DNA of 64,000 nucleotides, from the NCBI RefSeq assembly GCF_902459465.1, contig NC_047070.1:16368001-16432000 (forward strand), read 5' to 3'. A model generated the notes under the pieces. That model had not been told where the DNA came from. It searched no databases and saw only the letters and a list, made by a program, of their open reading frames with translations. This DNA comes from Asterias rubens. Taxonomy: Eukaryota. Numbering within the stretch: the first letter of the stretch is position 1; each line of letters opens with the position of its first letter. Shown here in pieces: positions 22,746 to 33,813 of the stretch. A program made the position numbers and the translations under genes.

Positions 22746-22959
22746 ATAAAGGGACAGAATCTGCGGGTACTCCCCCACATTAATTGGGCAGAGGATTAAA
22801 GTTAAAGAGTCAAAGAAGAGTTTTCTTTTATCGTTTAAAAACTGCCAGACTTTTTTGTGATTTTTAAACGTTTAGCATTTTGCACTGTATGCTTTGGGAT
22901 GTTAGTTCTGTGCACCCCTCTGCGAACATGAGAAATTCATTACACAGCAAATCCGGGAA

Positions 22960-23190
22960 TTATGTTTTGGTATACTGTTCTGGCACCCAGCCTCTGGCAT
23001 CCGGCCTCCTTGAGCTTGCGTTTATATGCTTAGTACAACACGGGAGTCACCCGACCAAAAATAAACCCTGTGCTATATCATTCAACGCAAATTCTCGAAA
23101 ATTGTTTTGGTTGTGTTCTGGAACCCAGCCTCTTCGACCCTGCATGCGTATACATGCTTAGTACAACACGGAAGTCACCCGACCAAAAGG
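22960..23190. repeat. Diverged tandem duplication, period ~140 bp
   Basis: gttttgg...ttctgg(c/a)acccagcctct...atgcttagtacaacacgg.agtcacccgaccaaaa occurs twice. Confidence 0.75.
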
Positions 23191-23862
23191 GAGGATCACA
23201 ACGGCGGATGGGCGGACAAAAGGTAATGAGTGAACCAATCCGGATAAACCACCTGCGAAACCGTCCAACGAGTCACTCTGCAACGCTCAGGCAGATTTCT
23301 AGGTAGGCCGAGGTGAGCATGCCCGCCTCTAACCAACCTGCAAGAGGCCCGTGTTCAACCGTGTACAGCCGATACAATATACAGGGTCAAACGTCCAACG
23401 CACTGCTTACCACAGAATTCTTCGCTTACGGAACCCTTGTAGAACACAACTATGTGATACGTAAGCGCAGAATTCCCCGGTAAGCAGAGCCATGGAATTG
23501 GGACCAGGTCTGACACGGCTCTGAGCTCAGAGCCGACTCAGAGCAGACCACACCCATCGCGCCACGAAATCAAGAATTCGAACAAATCGCTCTGTCTCCT
23601 ACTGAACCACCGGGCACCGTCTCAAGCAGCCAATCAGACGACTCGCTAGAGCGAGTTCGGAAGAGGCTTTTTGAAGTCTGGCAAACTGACGTCTGAAACG
23701 ACACAATCGTGTTGAATTCTATACCAGGATGCCATATCAATGGACCTTCTAATTTCAATCTAAGATGGTGCAGATTACCGCTTTTATTCTCTTTTTTTAT
23801 TTACCAGGGGCTTCGAATTGAAGTAATGCAACAATATGTTATGTTTAACCCTGTAGTAGACA

Positions 23863-23868
23863 TTTATT
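23863..23868 (-). terminator. Probable polyadenylation signal of gene 4
   Basis: AATAAA on the minus strand in a flank homologous to 29016-29021 (gene 5). Confidence 0.5.
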
Positions 23869-24393
23869 TCATCCAAAAAGTAAGCATGTTAAAAACAACA
23901 CAAAACACGACTAAAAAGATGCTTTAAACACTTAATTTTCGATTATAAACGATTCTTGTTTAAACAAAACATTGGCTTCATTAGCATAAAAACTTACTTG
24001 GTAACGAGCAATGGAGAGCTGTTGATAGTGTAAAACACTGTGATGTTAGGAACGGCTAATTAGAAGTGAAAAGAAAGTAATTTATCACTACAATATTTGA
24101 AGTTAACTTGAGACCTCACTTGAGGTCTAGAATCTAAGCATCTGAAAGCACAAAACTAGTGCGACAAAGGTGCAACTTCGCGCAATTTTCAGAGGTTTGT
24201 TAATTTTGCAAATGTTGAGAACCACCAGTTCATGTTCACCAAGTACACCAAGTACACCAGCTCTTCTCATTTGCAAGTTAGAAGACTGGCCTTAAACAAT
24301 AACACCAAAGGTGCCCAGTGCCTTTAAATCGGTTAATTTTAGACTGGCGTCTACAGTCGCTCAAGTTTTTGGTGTTCAATCACCTTTTATGTG

Positions 24394-26538
24394 TCACGAA
24401 ACCTCCGGGCAGTCCTCAGCTGGAGTGGTGTAGTTTCTCCATACTGCATTCAATATATTAGAGTTCTTAAACCCATGGACCACCATAACCTCTCTCAACG
24501 AACACCCGTCCGTCTTGGCACCCCAGTTTTTGAACCCCGGGTGGGCGACTGGCTTCACCCCTATTTTACTCATGAGAATACCCTGGTAGGCGTCATCGAT
24601 GGGTATAAAGGCAGTCTCCAGTGACTTACGGTACATCTGTGGAATGATGTCTGTTGACATGATGTACCCACCACCCGAGCAGTACGGGGGAAAGTATCGG
24701 CCACTGTACAGTCTTTCTGGCACGTAATACTTGGAGTTCTCACGAGTAACGCGGACACTTCTATGGAGTACACTCCCAAGGAAATACCTAGACTTTGCCA
24801 GTCCCTTGGCTCGGCTCTCCTTCAAGTGGGACACAATGCGATCGAAATTGACAAACATGTCATCGTCACCTTTGTACATGTATTTGGCGTGGGGGCAGTT
24901 TTGAGTCACCCACCGGAGTCCCATGACTACCTTGAGAGTTAAGTTATGGAAGGATTCGGTAAAGTCTGCTTGGATGATGTCACCAAACTTGTCGTCCTCT
25001 TGCTTGACTCGCTGCTGTATAAGTTTAACATCAGTCTGGGTGTGGCCCATCACGAATAAAAGTTTGATGTTCTCCCCCTGTCTCATCAAGTTACGCCCCC
25101 AAGTTTCCCGGATGGTACTACGCAGCTCAAAGTGTCTCGGCAACGTACTGATGAGTACGAGGATGAAAACACTCTCCTCGTTCCCAGCTTTGTCGTAGCA
25201 AATATCCGGATGGTTCAGCCGCATTTGGAGCGTCTTGTCCAAGTAAGGTAAATTGTCAATGTGGTTTTTGAGCACCAAACTCAAATCCGGATCGGGACAG
25301 TTCCGGCGGAACTCAGGATCGCTGAACTTCGTCCAGGTGCTCTGGAGTTGTTCCGCCGACCGTACACCCCGTGACGTGACGACTCTGTTGAGCTCACACG
25401 CATCCTTGGCCTGGTTACCGTAACTGAATGAGTTATCGTTCTTTATTAGAATGTTGGCTTTCTTGGCTAGAACTCCCATGTAGACATCTGGTAGTGGCAG
25501 GAGAGGCTCACCCCAAGACAAGGCTAAAAGTTCCCTGGCGGCATCCACGCTAAGCACGTAACCAGCCTCAATAGTGCAGAAGTCTGGATAACGAGTCTCT
25601 GGATAGAGCTTCCTCGATACATAGTACCGACTTCCTGCGTCGCGCTCTGGCATCTTCCCCTGAGTGAGTCGACCAATCCACATTTTCACACCGTCCTTTT
25701 CGTTTGTTTCTCGTAGAAGTTTGACAAGACGCTCGTAGATGATGAACATGTGATCATCACCGATGAAGACGTATTTGGCGGAGGGGCAATTTGACATCAC
25801 CCAGTCTATCCCGAGGAGCAGCTTCAAAGTGGAGTTACCCACACTGTCCGTGAAGCTTCCCATCAAGATATCGTCGTGCCGTTCATTCTCGAGGAACACG
25901 GCCGAGTTGACGGTACCGTCCGTCGGTTGACCGAGAACGAACAGCGTGAGTACTCCCATCTGATGCGCGTAGGCGTCGTTTGCCCACGTCTCACGGATCG
26001 CCATTCGGAAGTCTACTTCCGTTGGGCGTGTGGTGATGAGAGATACCATGAAGGCATCCTGACACTTCTTCTTATCGTGGCTGTGATCGAACACCGAATC
26101 CAGCACTCGATGGAAGAGGGCGCTATTCAAGCCCAAGTTGGGTGCCAAATTAGTTTGATTTCTCTTCATTTCGTCCACCGGACGTGCCCTACCACTTTCA
26201 CTATCTGATTTGGACTCGCTGCTACGATTCTGCACACTAGGAATATTATTGTCTATTCGCTTTGTGTCACTCTGTGATGCCTCCCCACCCATCCGCCTTA
26301 ACACCCCTTCAAAGTCTCGCTTATCTTTTCTATTCCTTCGCTCCATGTTCAACCTGTTCAACGTTGCGTCTGGTTCGTGATCCTGACCGTTCATGATGGT
26401 GACGTCAGCAGGGATGAATTTATCCATGTACACCAGCACGATCATAACCTTGGCTGCGTATATACACATAGTGAGAAGGAGATATAACTCCAGTTTTGAG
26501 CGTAGTGATGTCATACTTGGGCTGATATAGTTCAACAT
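24394..26538 (-). CDS. GT31 B3GALT1-like protein, two tandem domains (gene 4, 714 aa)
   Basis: TM (LYLLLTMCIYAAKVMIVLVYM), long stem, RMAIRETW/IGDDHMF/YPDFC/LPDVYMG, then RSTIRETW/KGDDDMFVN/FPPYCSGGGY/IDDAYQG. Confidence 0.93.
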   Translation of the reverse strand: MLNYISPSMTSLRSKLELYLLLTMCIYAAKVMIVLVYMDKFIPADVTIMNGQDHEPDATLNRLNMERRNRKDKRDFEGVLRRMGGEASQSDTKRIDNNIPSVQNRSSESKSDSESGRARPVDEMKRNQTNLAPNLGLNSALFHRVLDSVFDHSHDKKKCQDAFMVSLITTRPTEVDFRMAIRETWANDAYAHQMGVLTLFVLGQPTDGTVNSAVFLENERHDDILMGSFTDSVGNSTLKLLLGIDWVMSNCPSAKYVFIGDDHMFIIYERLVKLLRETNEKDGVKMWIGRLTQGKMPERDAGSRYYVSRKLYPETRYPDFCTIEAGYVLSVDAARELLALSWGEPLLPLPDVYMGVLAKKANILIKNDNSFSYGNQAKDACELNRVVTSRGVRSAEQLQSTWTKFSDPEFRRNCPDPDLSLVLKNHIDNLPYLDKTLQMRLNHPDICYDKAGNEESVFILVLISTLPRHFELRSTIRETWGRNLMRQGENIKLLFVMGHTQTDVKLIQQRVKQEDDKFGDIIQADFTESFHNLTLKVVMGLRWVTQNCPHAKYMYKGDDDMFVNFDRIVSHLKESRAKGLAKSRYFLGSVLHRSVRVTRENSKYYVPERLYSGRYFPPYCSGGGYIMSTDIIPQMYRKSLETAFIPIDDAYQGILMSKIGVKPVAHPGFKNWGAKTDGCSLREVMVVHGFKNSNILNAVWRNYTTPAEDCPEVS

Positions 26539-27126
26539 TTAAATCAGTATAACAACCTTCTCCAGTTGTATCAGTGTTAGCTTCTCATTTTAAGAGCTCC
26601 ATTGTAACACTGGCATCAGTTGTTAGGAATCTCCTGTAAAACACAGTGAAAATGAAACATCAACATTTAACAATTACAAAAAAATGCAAAGGAATGTCAC
26701 GGTATACTTTTTGTAAATGTCAAATACCAGTATATGACTTGGTGTTTCCCAATATATGCACAAAATATCCAAACATCTGAAAATCTGGGCTCATGTGTTT
26801 ATTTTGCATTGTTTTTACAATGCTATTGTTTGTTGTCTTTGGTGCAATGTAGGTCTCCACCGGGTGCTTGTTTTTATCATTGTTTCCCCGTGCAACTTCT
26901 ATGTTTTGTCATTCCCCTTTTCGGTGGTTTGTTTGTCTACTCCCTCTGTGTATTGTTATTGCTTGCTGGGTGTCAAAGTCCCTCCAAATATTGGGCCAAT
27001 TCTCCTGTATTTTCTGGTGTAATGTTTACACTCTGCAATTGTTTGATGTCCTTAGAGCAGTTGGTCCCTACCGGGTGCTTCAGTTTGTAACAATGTTTCA
27101 TCGTGCAATTTTTAAATAAATATTAT

Positions 27127-27385
27127 CCCCCTTTTTTGCTGTATATAAAATAGTATATTTTAAACTTGTCTTTATGTTTTGTATTAGCCAGTAGCATAGG
27201 AAACAAAGGGCCCTAGGCCTCAGTTGTTAGGTTAACTTGTTTAGTTCCTGGCAAAAGGTTTCCCCCTTTTTTGCTTTATACAAAATAGTATATTTTAAAC
27301 TTCTCTCTTTGTTTTTATTAGCCAGTAGCATAGGAAACAAATGGCCATAGGCCTCAGTTATTACGTTACTTGTTTAGTTCCTGGC
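27127..27385. repeat. Tandem duplication, period ~135 bp
   Basis: ccccttttttgct...aaaatagtatattttaaactt...ttagccagtagcataggaaacaaa...ttagttcctggc occurs twice. Confidence 0.85.
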
Positions 27386-27523
27386 ATGTGTTGCTGGCTC
27401 TATTGTATGTTCCCGTGTCCCTTTCATTATTGTCTAGCTCTGTTCTGTATGATTGTATTGTATGTTTGAATGCCGAATAAATAATAATAACAATAAAAAT
27501 AATCAAAGAAATTTAAAAAAGGG

Positions 27524-27790
27524 TCACATGATAAGGGAATATACGCTGACTACGATGGTGAGAGCGTATTTTCGACGGTTATTCATAGCCATGGGAAGTA
27601 CCAATTATTGGACAATAATTTCCTTAAAATGTGTTTTTCTTCTTTTCTCTTCAAAGGTTACAAAGAAAGCTGGGAAGGTCAATTCCACAATGGCATCAAT
27701 CAAGCGTAAACTGGGTCAATGCACAGTGAGCACGTGAGTTATACCATGTTGTCTTGAATCAAAGTTTCACCATGTTGTCTTAAACGAAAC
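27524..27790 (-). pseudogene. Relic 5' end of a gene 2/3-type GT31 exon
   Basis: ATG at 27592 gives MAMNNRRKYALTIVVSVYSLIM* (gene 2 is MAIKNRRKYALFVAICIY). The upstream flank agttataccatgttgtct matches 13947 onward. Confidence 0.8.
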
Positions 27791-28096
27791 TGCAAATTTG
27801 ACTAGAACAACAATAGCAACAACAACAACAATAACAACGAAAACAGCAACAACAACAACTTTAACATATACTGATATTCCAGCAAGAAAAGTGGTATTTC
27901 TCTCAATATATTGTAAATGGGAATAGCCATGTTGATTTACTATGACATCGCACATGACGTAGTACCGGGTATGTTTGCAAACCTAGTAAAAACTACACCC
28001 ACTACTCTATGTTGACCCCCCCCCCCCAAACCACACTCACGCAAATACAATTGTGTTTATTGGAACAAACATATCAGAAATTAATAATCTTGCATT

Positions 28097-28704
28097 TTGT
28101 TTTCGTCAAACGTTGTATGCTTACCTTGTCGTCTTTCGCCAATTTGTGGTGGGTTGATTATGACTACGATGAGTGAGTATTGCGACTATTTTCGGGTAAA
28201 ATCCTCCACGGACTGAAAGTTTTTCCCGCAGCTTCTTCGGCACGTATAAAATGGCAGCCTTTTCTTTTATTATCAAATATTACTAAACACGTTGGAGAGT
28301 TTATGCACTCTGAATGGGAATCTAGTGACGTTGTGTTCACGTCACGTATTCAACTGCGAAAGAAAAAATAAACCGCCTCACTGAACTTGAAAACAAGAGG
28401 CCCCTGAACGAGCATATTATTTTTGTGAACAAACTTGTATAGAAATCTGGAACTATGGTTTTTGTCACGAACTCAGTATGCCTATGTATTGTCCTTGGTC
28501 TCTATTGTAATATATGTAAAACAACTTTGTATCCTGTTCTGGAAATCTGGGTAGCCAACTTTGTAGAAGGTTGGGTACTTTTCGTACCCGCTGTGGCAGG
28601 GGATTATGGCCCCCGCAGATTCGGTCCCATAATGGCGATTTATGTACAAACTTCTTCTGATAGCGCCCTCTTTTGATTCCTCCTCCCCGCACGTTATTTC
28701 CCCA
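28097..28704 (-). promoter_or_regulatory. Putative promoter and non-coding first exon upstream of gene 4
   Basis: Homologous module, highly similar to 22172-22745; donor edge 28125; acceptor ttttacag at 26634. Confidence 0.5.
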
Positions 28705-29015
28705 CCCCCCCCCCCCCCAAAAAAAAAAGGGGGAGGGGGCTTCCCTTAAATATCACTTGCTGAGGTGCTGTAGTTTTTGAGAAGTGAGAAATACAAGTCA
28801 CGAAAGTTATACAGAACCACAGCAAGTAATATTTCACGGTTAGCTTTCTACTATCATTACCTTCAAATGGTGTAAGTTTAATGTTAATCTGTGTACATTG
28901 TGTTTTGTTTTGCAAAAAGCACACAAGTCCGTTAAACCTCTTACTCATAAACAATAACACTTTCACTAAACTTATTATTGGAGCAATGCAACAGTATGGT
29001 ATAGTAGACATTAAT

Positions 29016-29021
29016 TTTATT
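29016..29021 (-). terminator. Probable polyadenylation signal of gene 5
   Basis: AATAAA on the minus strand ~270 nt after the stop, conserved with the gene 4 copy. Confidence 0.5.
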
Positions 29022-29289
29022 TCATACAAAAAGTAGGCTGTTAAAAAAACATGGACGACTCGACCATTAGGCATGTTAAAAATAATACAAAACTAATAGG
29101 TGCTTTAAAATACTTAGTTTTCGTTTAAAAACGATTCTTATAAAAACATTACTTTGGCTTTGCAGTTTGTAAAAAAAAAAAAAAACTAAAGAGGCGCTAA
29201 CAAAATGCAGTTTAAAAGTCCTATTCGGTTTTTGTTTTTAGACTGGCGTCCACAGTCGCTCAAGTGTTTGATGTTCAATCATCTTTGTG

Positions 29290-31413
29290 TCACGAAACCT
29301 CCGGGCAGTCCTCAGCTGCTGGAGTGGTGTAGTTTCTCCATACTGCATTCATTGTATCAGAGTTCTTAAATCCATGGACCACCATAACCTCTCTCAACGA
29401 ACACCCGTCCGTCTTGGCACCCCAGTTTTTGAACCCCGGGTGGGCGACTGGCTTCACCCCTATTTTACTCATGAGAATACCCTGGTAGGCGTCATCGATG
29501 GGTATAAAGGCAGTCTCCAGTGACTTACGGTACATCTGTGGAATGATGTCTGTTGACATGATGTACCCACCACCCGAGCAGTACGGGGGAAAGTATCGGC
29601 CACTGTAGAGTCTTTCTGGCACGTAATACTTGGAGTTCTCACGCGTAACGCGGACACTTCTATAGAGTACACTCCCAAGGAAATACCTAGACTTTGCCAG
29701 TCCTTTGGCTCGGCTCTCCTTCAAGTGAGACACAATGCGATCGAAATTGACAAACATGTCATCGTCACCTTTGTACATGTATTTGGCGTGGGGGCAGTTT
29801 TGAGTCACCCACCGGAGTCCCATGACTACCTTGAGAGTTAAGTTATGGAAGGACTCGGTAAAGTCTGCTTGGATGATGTCACCAAACTTGTCGTCCTCTT
29901 GCTTGACTTGCTGCTGTATAAGTTTAACATCAGTCTGGGTGTGGCCCATCACGAATAAAAGTTTGATGTTCTCCCCCTGTGTCATTAAGTTACGCCCCCA
30001 AGTTTCCCGGATGGTACTACGCAGCTCAAAGTGTCTCGGCAACGTACTGATGAGTACGAGGATGAAAACACTCTCCTCGTTCCCAGCTTTGTCGTAGCAA
30101 AAATCCGGATGGTTCAGACGCATTTGGAGTGTCTTGTCCAAGTAAGGTGAATTGTCAATGTGCTTACTGAGCACCAAACTCAAATCCGGATCGGGACAGT
30201 TCCGGCGGAACTCAGGATCGCTGAACTTCGTCCAGGTGCTCTGGAGTTGTTCCGCCGACCGTACACCCCGTGACGTGACGACTCTGTTGAGCTCACACGC
30301 ATCCTTGGCCTGGTTACCGTAACTGAATGATTTATCGTTCGTTATTAGAATGTTGGCTTTCTTGGCTAGAACTCCCATGTAGACATCTGGTAGTGGCAGG
30401 AGAGGCTCACCCCAAGACAAGGCTACAAGTTCCCTGGCGGCATCCACGCTAAGCACGTAACCAGCCTCAATAGTGCAGAAGTCTGGATAACGAGTCTCTG
30501 GATAGAGCTTCCTCGATACATAGTACCGACTTCCTGCGTCTCGCTCAGGCATCTTCCCCTGAGTGAGTCGACCAATCCACATTTTCACACCGTCCTTTTC
30601 GTTTGTTTCTCGTAGAAGTTTGACAAGACGCTCGTAGATGATGAACATGTGATCATCACCGATGAAGACGTATTTGGCGGAGGGGCAATTTGACATCACC
30701 CAGTCTATCCCGAGGAGCAGCTTCAAAGTGGAGTTACCCACACTGTCCGTGAAGCTTCCCATCAAGATATCGTCGTGCCGTTCATTCTCGAGGAACACGG
30801 CCGAGTTGACGGTACCGTCCGTCGGTTGACCGAGAACGAACAGCGTGAGTACTCCCATCTGATGCGCGTAGGCGTCGTTTGCCCACGTCTCACGGATCGC
30901 CATTCGGAAGTCTACTTCCGTTGGGCGTGTGGTGATGAGAGATACCATGAAGGCATCCTGACACTTCTTCTTATCGTGGCTGTGATCGAACACCGAATCC
31001 AGCACTCGATGGAAGAGGGCGCTATTCAAGCCCAAGTTGGGTGCCAAATTAGTTTGATTTCTCTTCATTTCGTCTTCCGGACGTGCCCTACCACCTTCAC
31101 TAACTGATTTGGACTCGCTGCTACAATTCTGCACACTAGGAATATCATTGTCCAATCGCTTTGTGTCACTCTGTGATGCCTCCCCACCCATCCGCCTTAA
31201 CACCCCTTCAAAGTCTCGCTTATCCTTTCTATTCCTTCGCTCCATGTTCAACCTGTTCAACGTTGCATCTGGTTCGTGATCTTGACCGTTCATGATGGTG
31301 ACGTCAGCAGGGATGAATTCATCCATGTACACTAGCACGATCATAACCTTGGCTGCGTAGATGCACACAATCAGAAGGAGGATGAACTCCATTTTGGAAC
31401 ACAGTGACGTCAT
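29290..31413 (-). CDS. GT31 B3GALT1-like protein, two tandem domains (gene 5, 707 aa; close paralog of gene 4)
   Basis: Same motifs as gene 4; near-identical CDS offset by ~4899 bp. Confidence 0.93.
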   Translation of the reverse strand: MTSLCSKMEFILLLIVCIYAAKVMIVLVYMDEFIPADVTIMNGQDHEPDATLNRLNMERRNRKDKRDFEGVLRRMGGEASQSDTKRLDNDIPSVQNCSSESKSVSEGGRARPEDEMKRNQTNLAPNLGLNSALFHRVLDSVFDHSHDKKKCQDAFMVSLITTRPTEVDFRMAIRETWANDAYAHQMGVLTLFVLGQPTDGTVNSAVFLENERHDDILMGSFTDSVGNSTLKLLLGIDWVMSNCPSAKYVFIGDDHMFIIYERLVKLLRETNEKDGVKMWIGRLTQGKMPERDAGSRYYVSRKLYPETRYPDFCTIEAGYVLSVDAARELVALSWGEPLLPLPDVYMGVLAKKANILITNDKSFSYGNQAKDACELNRVVTSRGVRSAEQLQSTWTKFSDPEFRRNCPDPDLSLVLSKHIDNSPYLDKTLQMRLNHPDFCYDKAGNEESVFILVLISTLPRHFELRSTIRETWGRNLMTQGENIKLLFVMGHTQTDVKLIQQQVKQEDDKFGDIIQADFTESFHNLTLKVVMGLRWVTQNCPHAKYMYKGDDDMFVNFDRIVSHLKESRAKGLAKSRYFLGSVLYRSVRVTRENSKYYVPERLYSGRYFPPYCSGGGYIMSTDIIPQMYRKSLETAFIPIDDAYQGILMSKIGVKPVAHPGFKNWGAKTDGCSLREVMVVHGFKNSDTMNAVWRNYTTPAAEDCPEVS

Positions 31414-31780
31414 CTTGGGGACTGAGAATTTAAACCAGTATGATCACTTTCTCCCGTGTAAAGCTGTGATGACTACTCAGTCGTAGGGTTCAATCGTAGC
31501 ACTGGCACTGGTCGTTAAGAACTTTCTGTAACACACAATTAAAAACGAAACATAAATATTAACAAACTTACACAAAATACATAAAATACAAATAACAAAA
31601 TATAGAACTAACTGGACATATAGTTTTACAATCTCAGAGGCAAACAAACACTTTGTCGGTCTTGAGCTTAAAGGCCCTGGACATCTTTGATTTTGGTTGA
31701 AACTTATCTTCTCACTTGGTGTGAAATGAGCATTAAACCATACCGTTGTCTTGCCATAAACTTCAAAGCTTCCTCTTTAA

Positions 31781-32241
31781 AGGCACTGGACACCTTTGGT
31801 AATTATCAAAGACAAGTCTTCTCACTTGGTGTATCTCAACATATGCACAAAATAACAAACCCGTGCAACTTTGAGTACAATTGGTCGTCGAAGTTTCGAG
31901 AGAATAATGGTTTAAAAAAAACACCCTTGTCGCACAAGTTGTGTCCTTTCAGATGCCTTGAATTCGAGACTTCAACTGAGGTTTCGTATTCGATTCGAAA
32001 TTACTTCTTTCTCAAAAACTACATTACTTCAGAGGGAGCCCTTTCTCCCAATGTTTTGTATACAATCACCAGTTCACATTGCTCTTTACCAAGTAAGTTT
32101 TTATGTTTACAATTATATTTCGATGACAAATTGTGCTCACATTTTCACAAGTTTGTTATTTTGTACTCATGTTGAGACACACCAAGTGAGAAGACTGATC
32201 TTTCACCATTATCAATAAGATATTATTATTATCCGGTGTCT
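31781..32241. mobile_element. Family-A MITE
   Basis: ttaa|aggcactggacacc ... ccggtgtct|ttaa. Confidence 0.7.
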
Positions 32242-33647
32242 TTAAAAAAAATGAATTTAAACATCAGCACTTCTGGCAAAACACAACTTCCCTCAAAAAA
32301 TGTGTAACTTTAGTGCATGACACTTTATTTAAAATAACCAAATTTAGAATCCTTGATGTTTCATACCAACGTTGTTGTTCTTAAAGATAGCTTTAATAAT
32401 TATACAACAGGTGCTAAAGTATTGTCCACAATGCTCATGTGCTATATTCTTTTACATTTGCTATATCAAAGTACTACGTCGATATAGCAAAACAACGCTT
32501 TAATACCATACTTTTTAATTACTATAATTCATATTTTGTTATTTTAGTATTTGAGTATTTAGGGGCACTGGTCTCACTCACAGACAAGTGTTTCAGACAT
32601 AACTATTCATTACAACATCAATAGTATAATTTATGAAAGGACAACTTTTGTGATGTAATTTTTAATTTCCACCCATGTATCAAGCATACTATAGCAAGTT
32701 TTGTGTTCAAGTATTGTTTGAAGCTCACGTGTGGAGAAATAAATAGTAAACTTGGGGGTACAACCATGTGTAAATCTTTTAGGGTGATTGTTGGCTCTGA
32801 AACGAGCCGTTTGGTCTCGACGTTTCGAACATAATCTGCTCGTCTTCAAACTCAACGTCTTGCATAACCATGTACAATCATTGCAAAGAATATCTCAATT
32901 TGAATGATGGTTGTCTACAAATAATATTATTTACCTCAGCTTAAGTTTCTTAAGTCAAAGCTTATACATGTACATGTAGTTACATCCAGTCATAATAACT
33001 CCACAAGTCAATGGGTAAAGTTCATGTCGTAGAGGTGCAGTTGTAGCAGTGAGCTAGTCGTTCTCTACCTTCTATTCTCGGTCTACTCAACACCACACCG
33101 AAGTTCTCCGGCAGTAACTACAAACAGCAAGATCAGGAACATTTATGACCGAACAATGTTATAAAATACGATAGTTATATTTGATAGTGTTCTTTACGTG
33201 GCTTCGTTCAATGACGATGATACACAACCAGTAGACATCTTACAAGAAATTATTACTCGAGAAGAAAATGAGAATTCCACGTAGTCTGGCTTCTTTACCT
33301 CGGGTCACTGCTGTCCCACTGAAGTCACTTGGGAGACGTACCGTAGCTATTGTTATGGTAATATTACTCCACCCTGAATGAACAATACCCAGAAATATTC
33401 AGGCTCATGAAGGTTGTACGTACAGGGAGGACTGATCCCACGATTCAACACTGGCATTCTTTACCTTGCGGATTTCAATCGGTATAATTACGTAACCTGT
33501 ACTCTGATCAGTAGAGCGAACAGAACTTGTTCTTTTACCAATCCAACAGAGGGCGCTGTGAGGTAGTCATTGACCGCTGAAATAATCGGAGTGAAAAATT
33601 GATTGTGCGATTGATTGATAATGTGCGGTTGGCTTTGTAGAGCCTAT

Positions 33648-33813
33648 GGCCCTTTTCGAAACCACGGCTTTGGCTTTGGGTTCGGCTCAGGCTTGTTTGG
33701 CTCCTCCGCGGTTGTTTTGACAATTGCGCGCGTTTTGCGTACGCGCTCTCAGGGCTTAAGACGCGAGAATGGAGGTTGAAGACGGATCCGAAGCCGTGGT
33801 TGCGAAAAGGGCC
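33648..33813. mobile_element. MITE with GGCCCTTTTCG termini (Harbinger-like)
   Basis: TIR ggcccttttcgaaaccacggctt / aagccgtggttgcgaaaagggcc. Confidence 0.7.
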
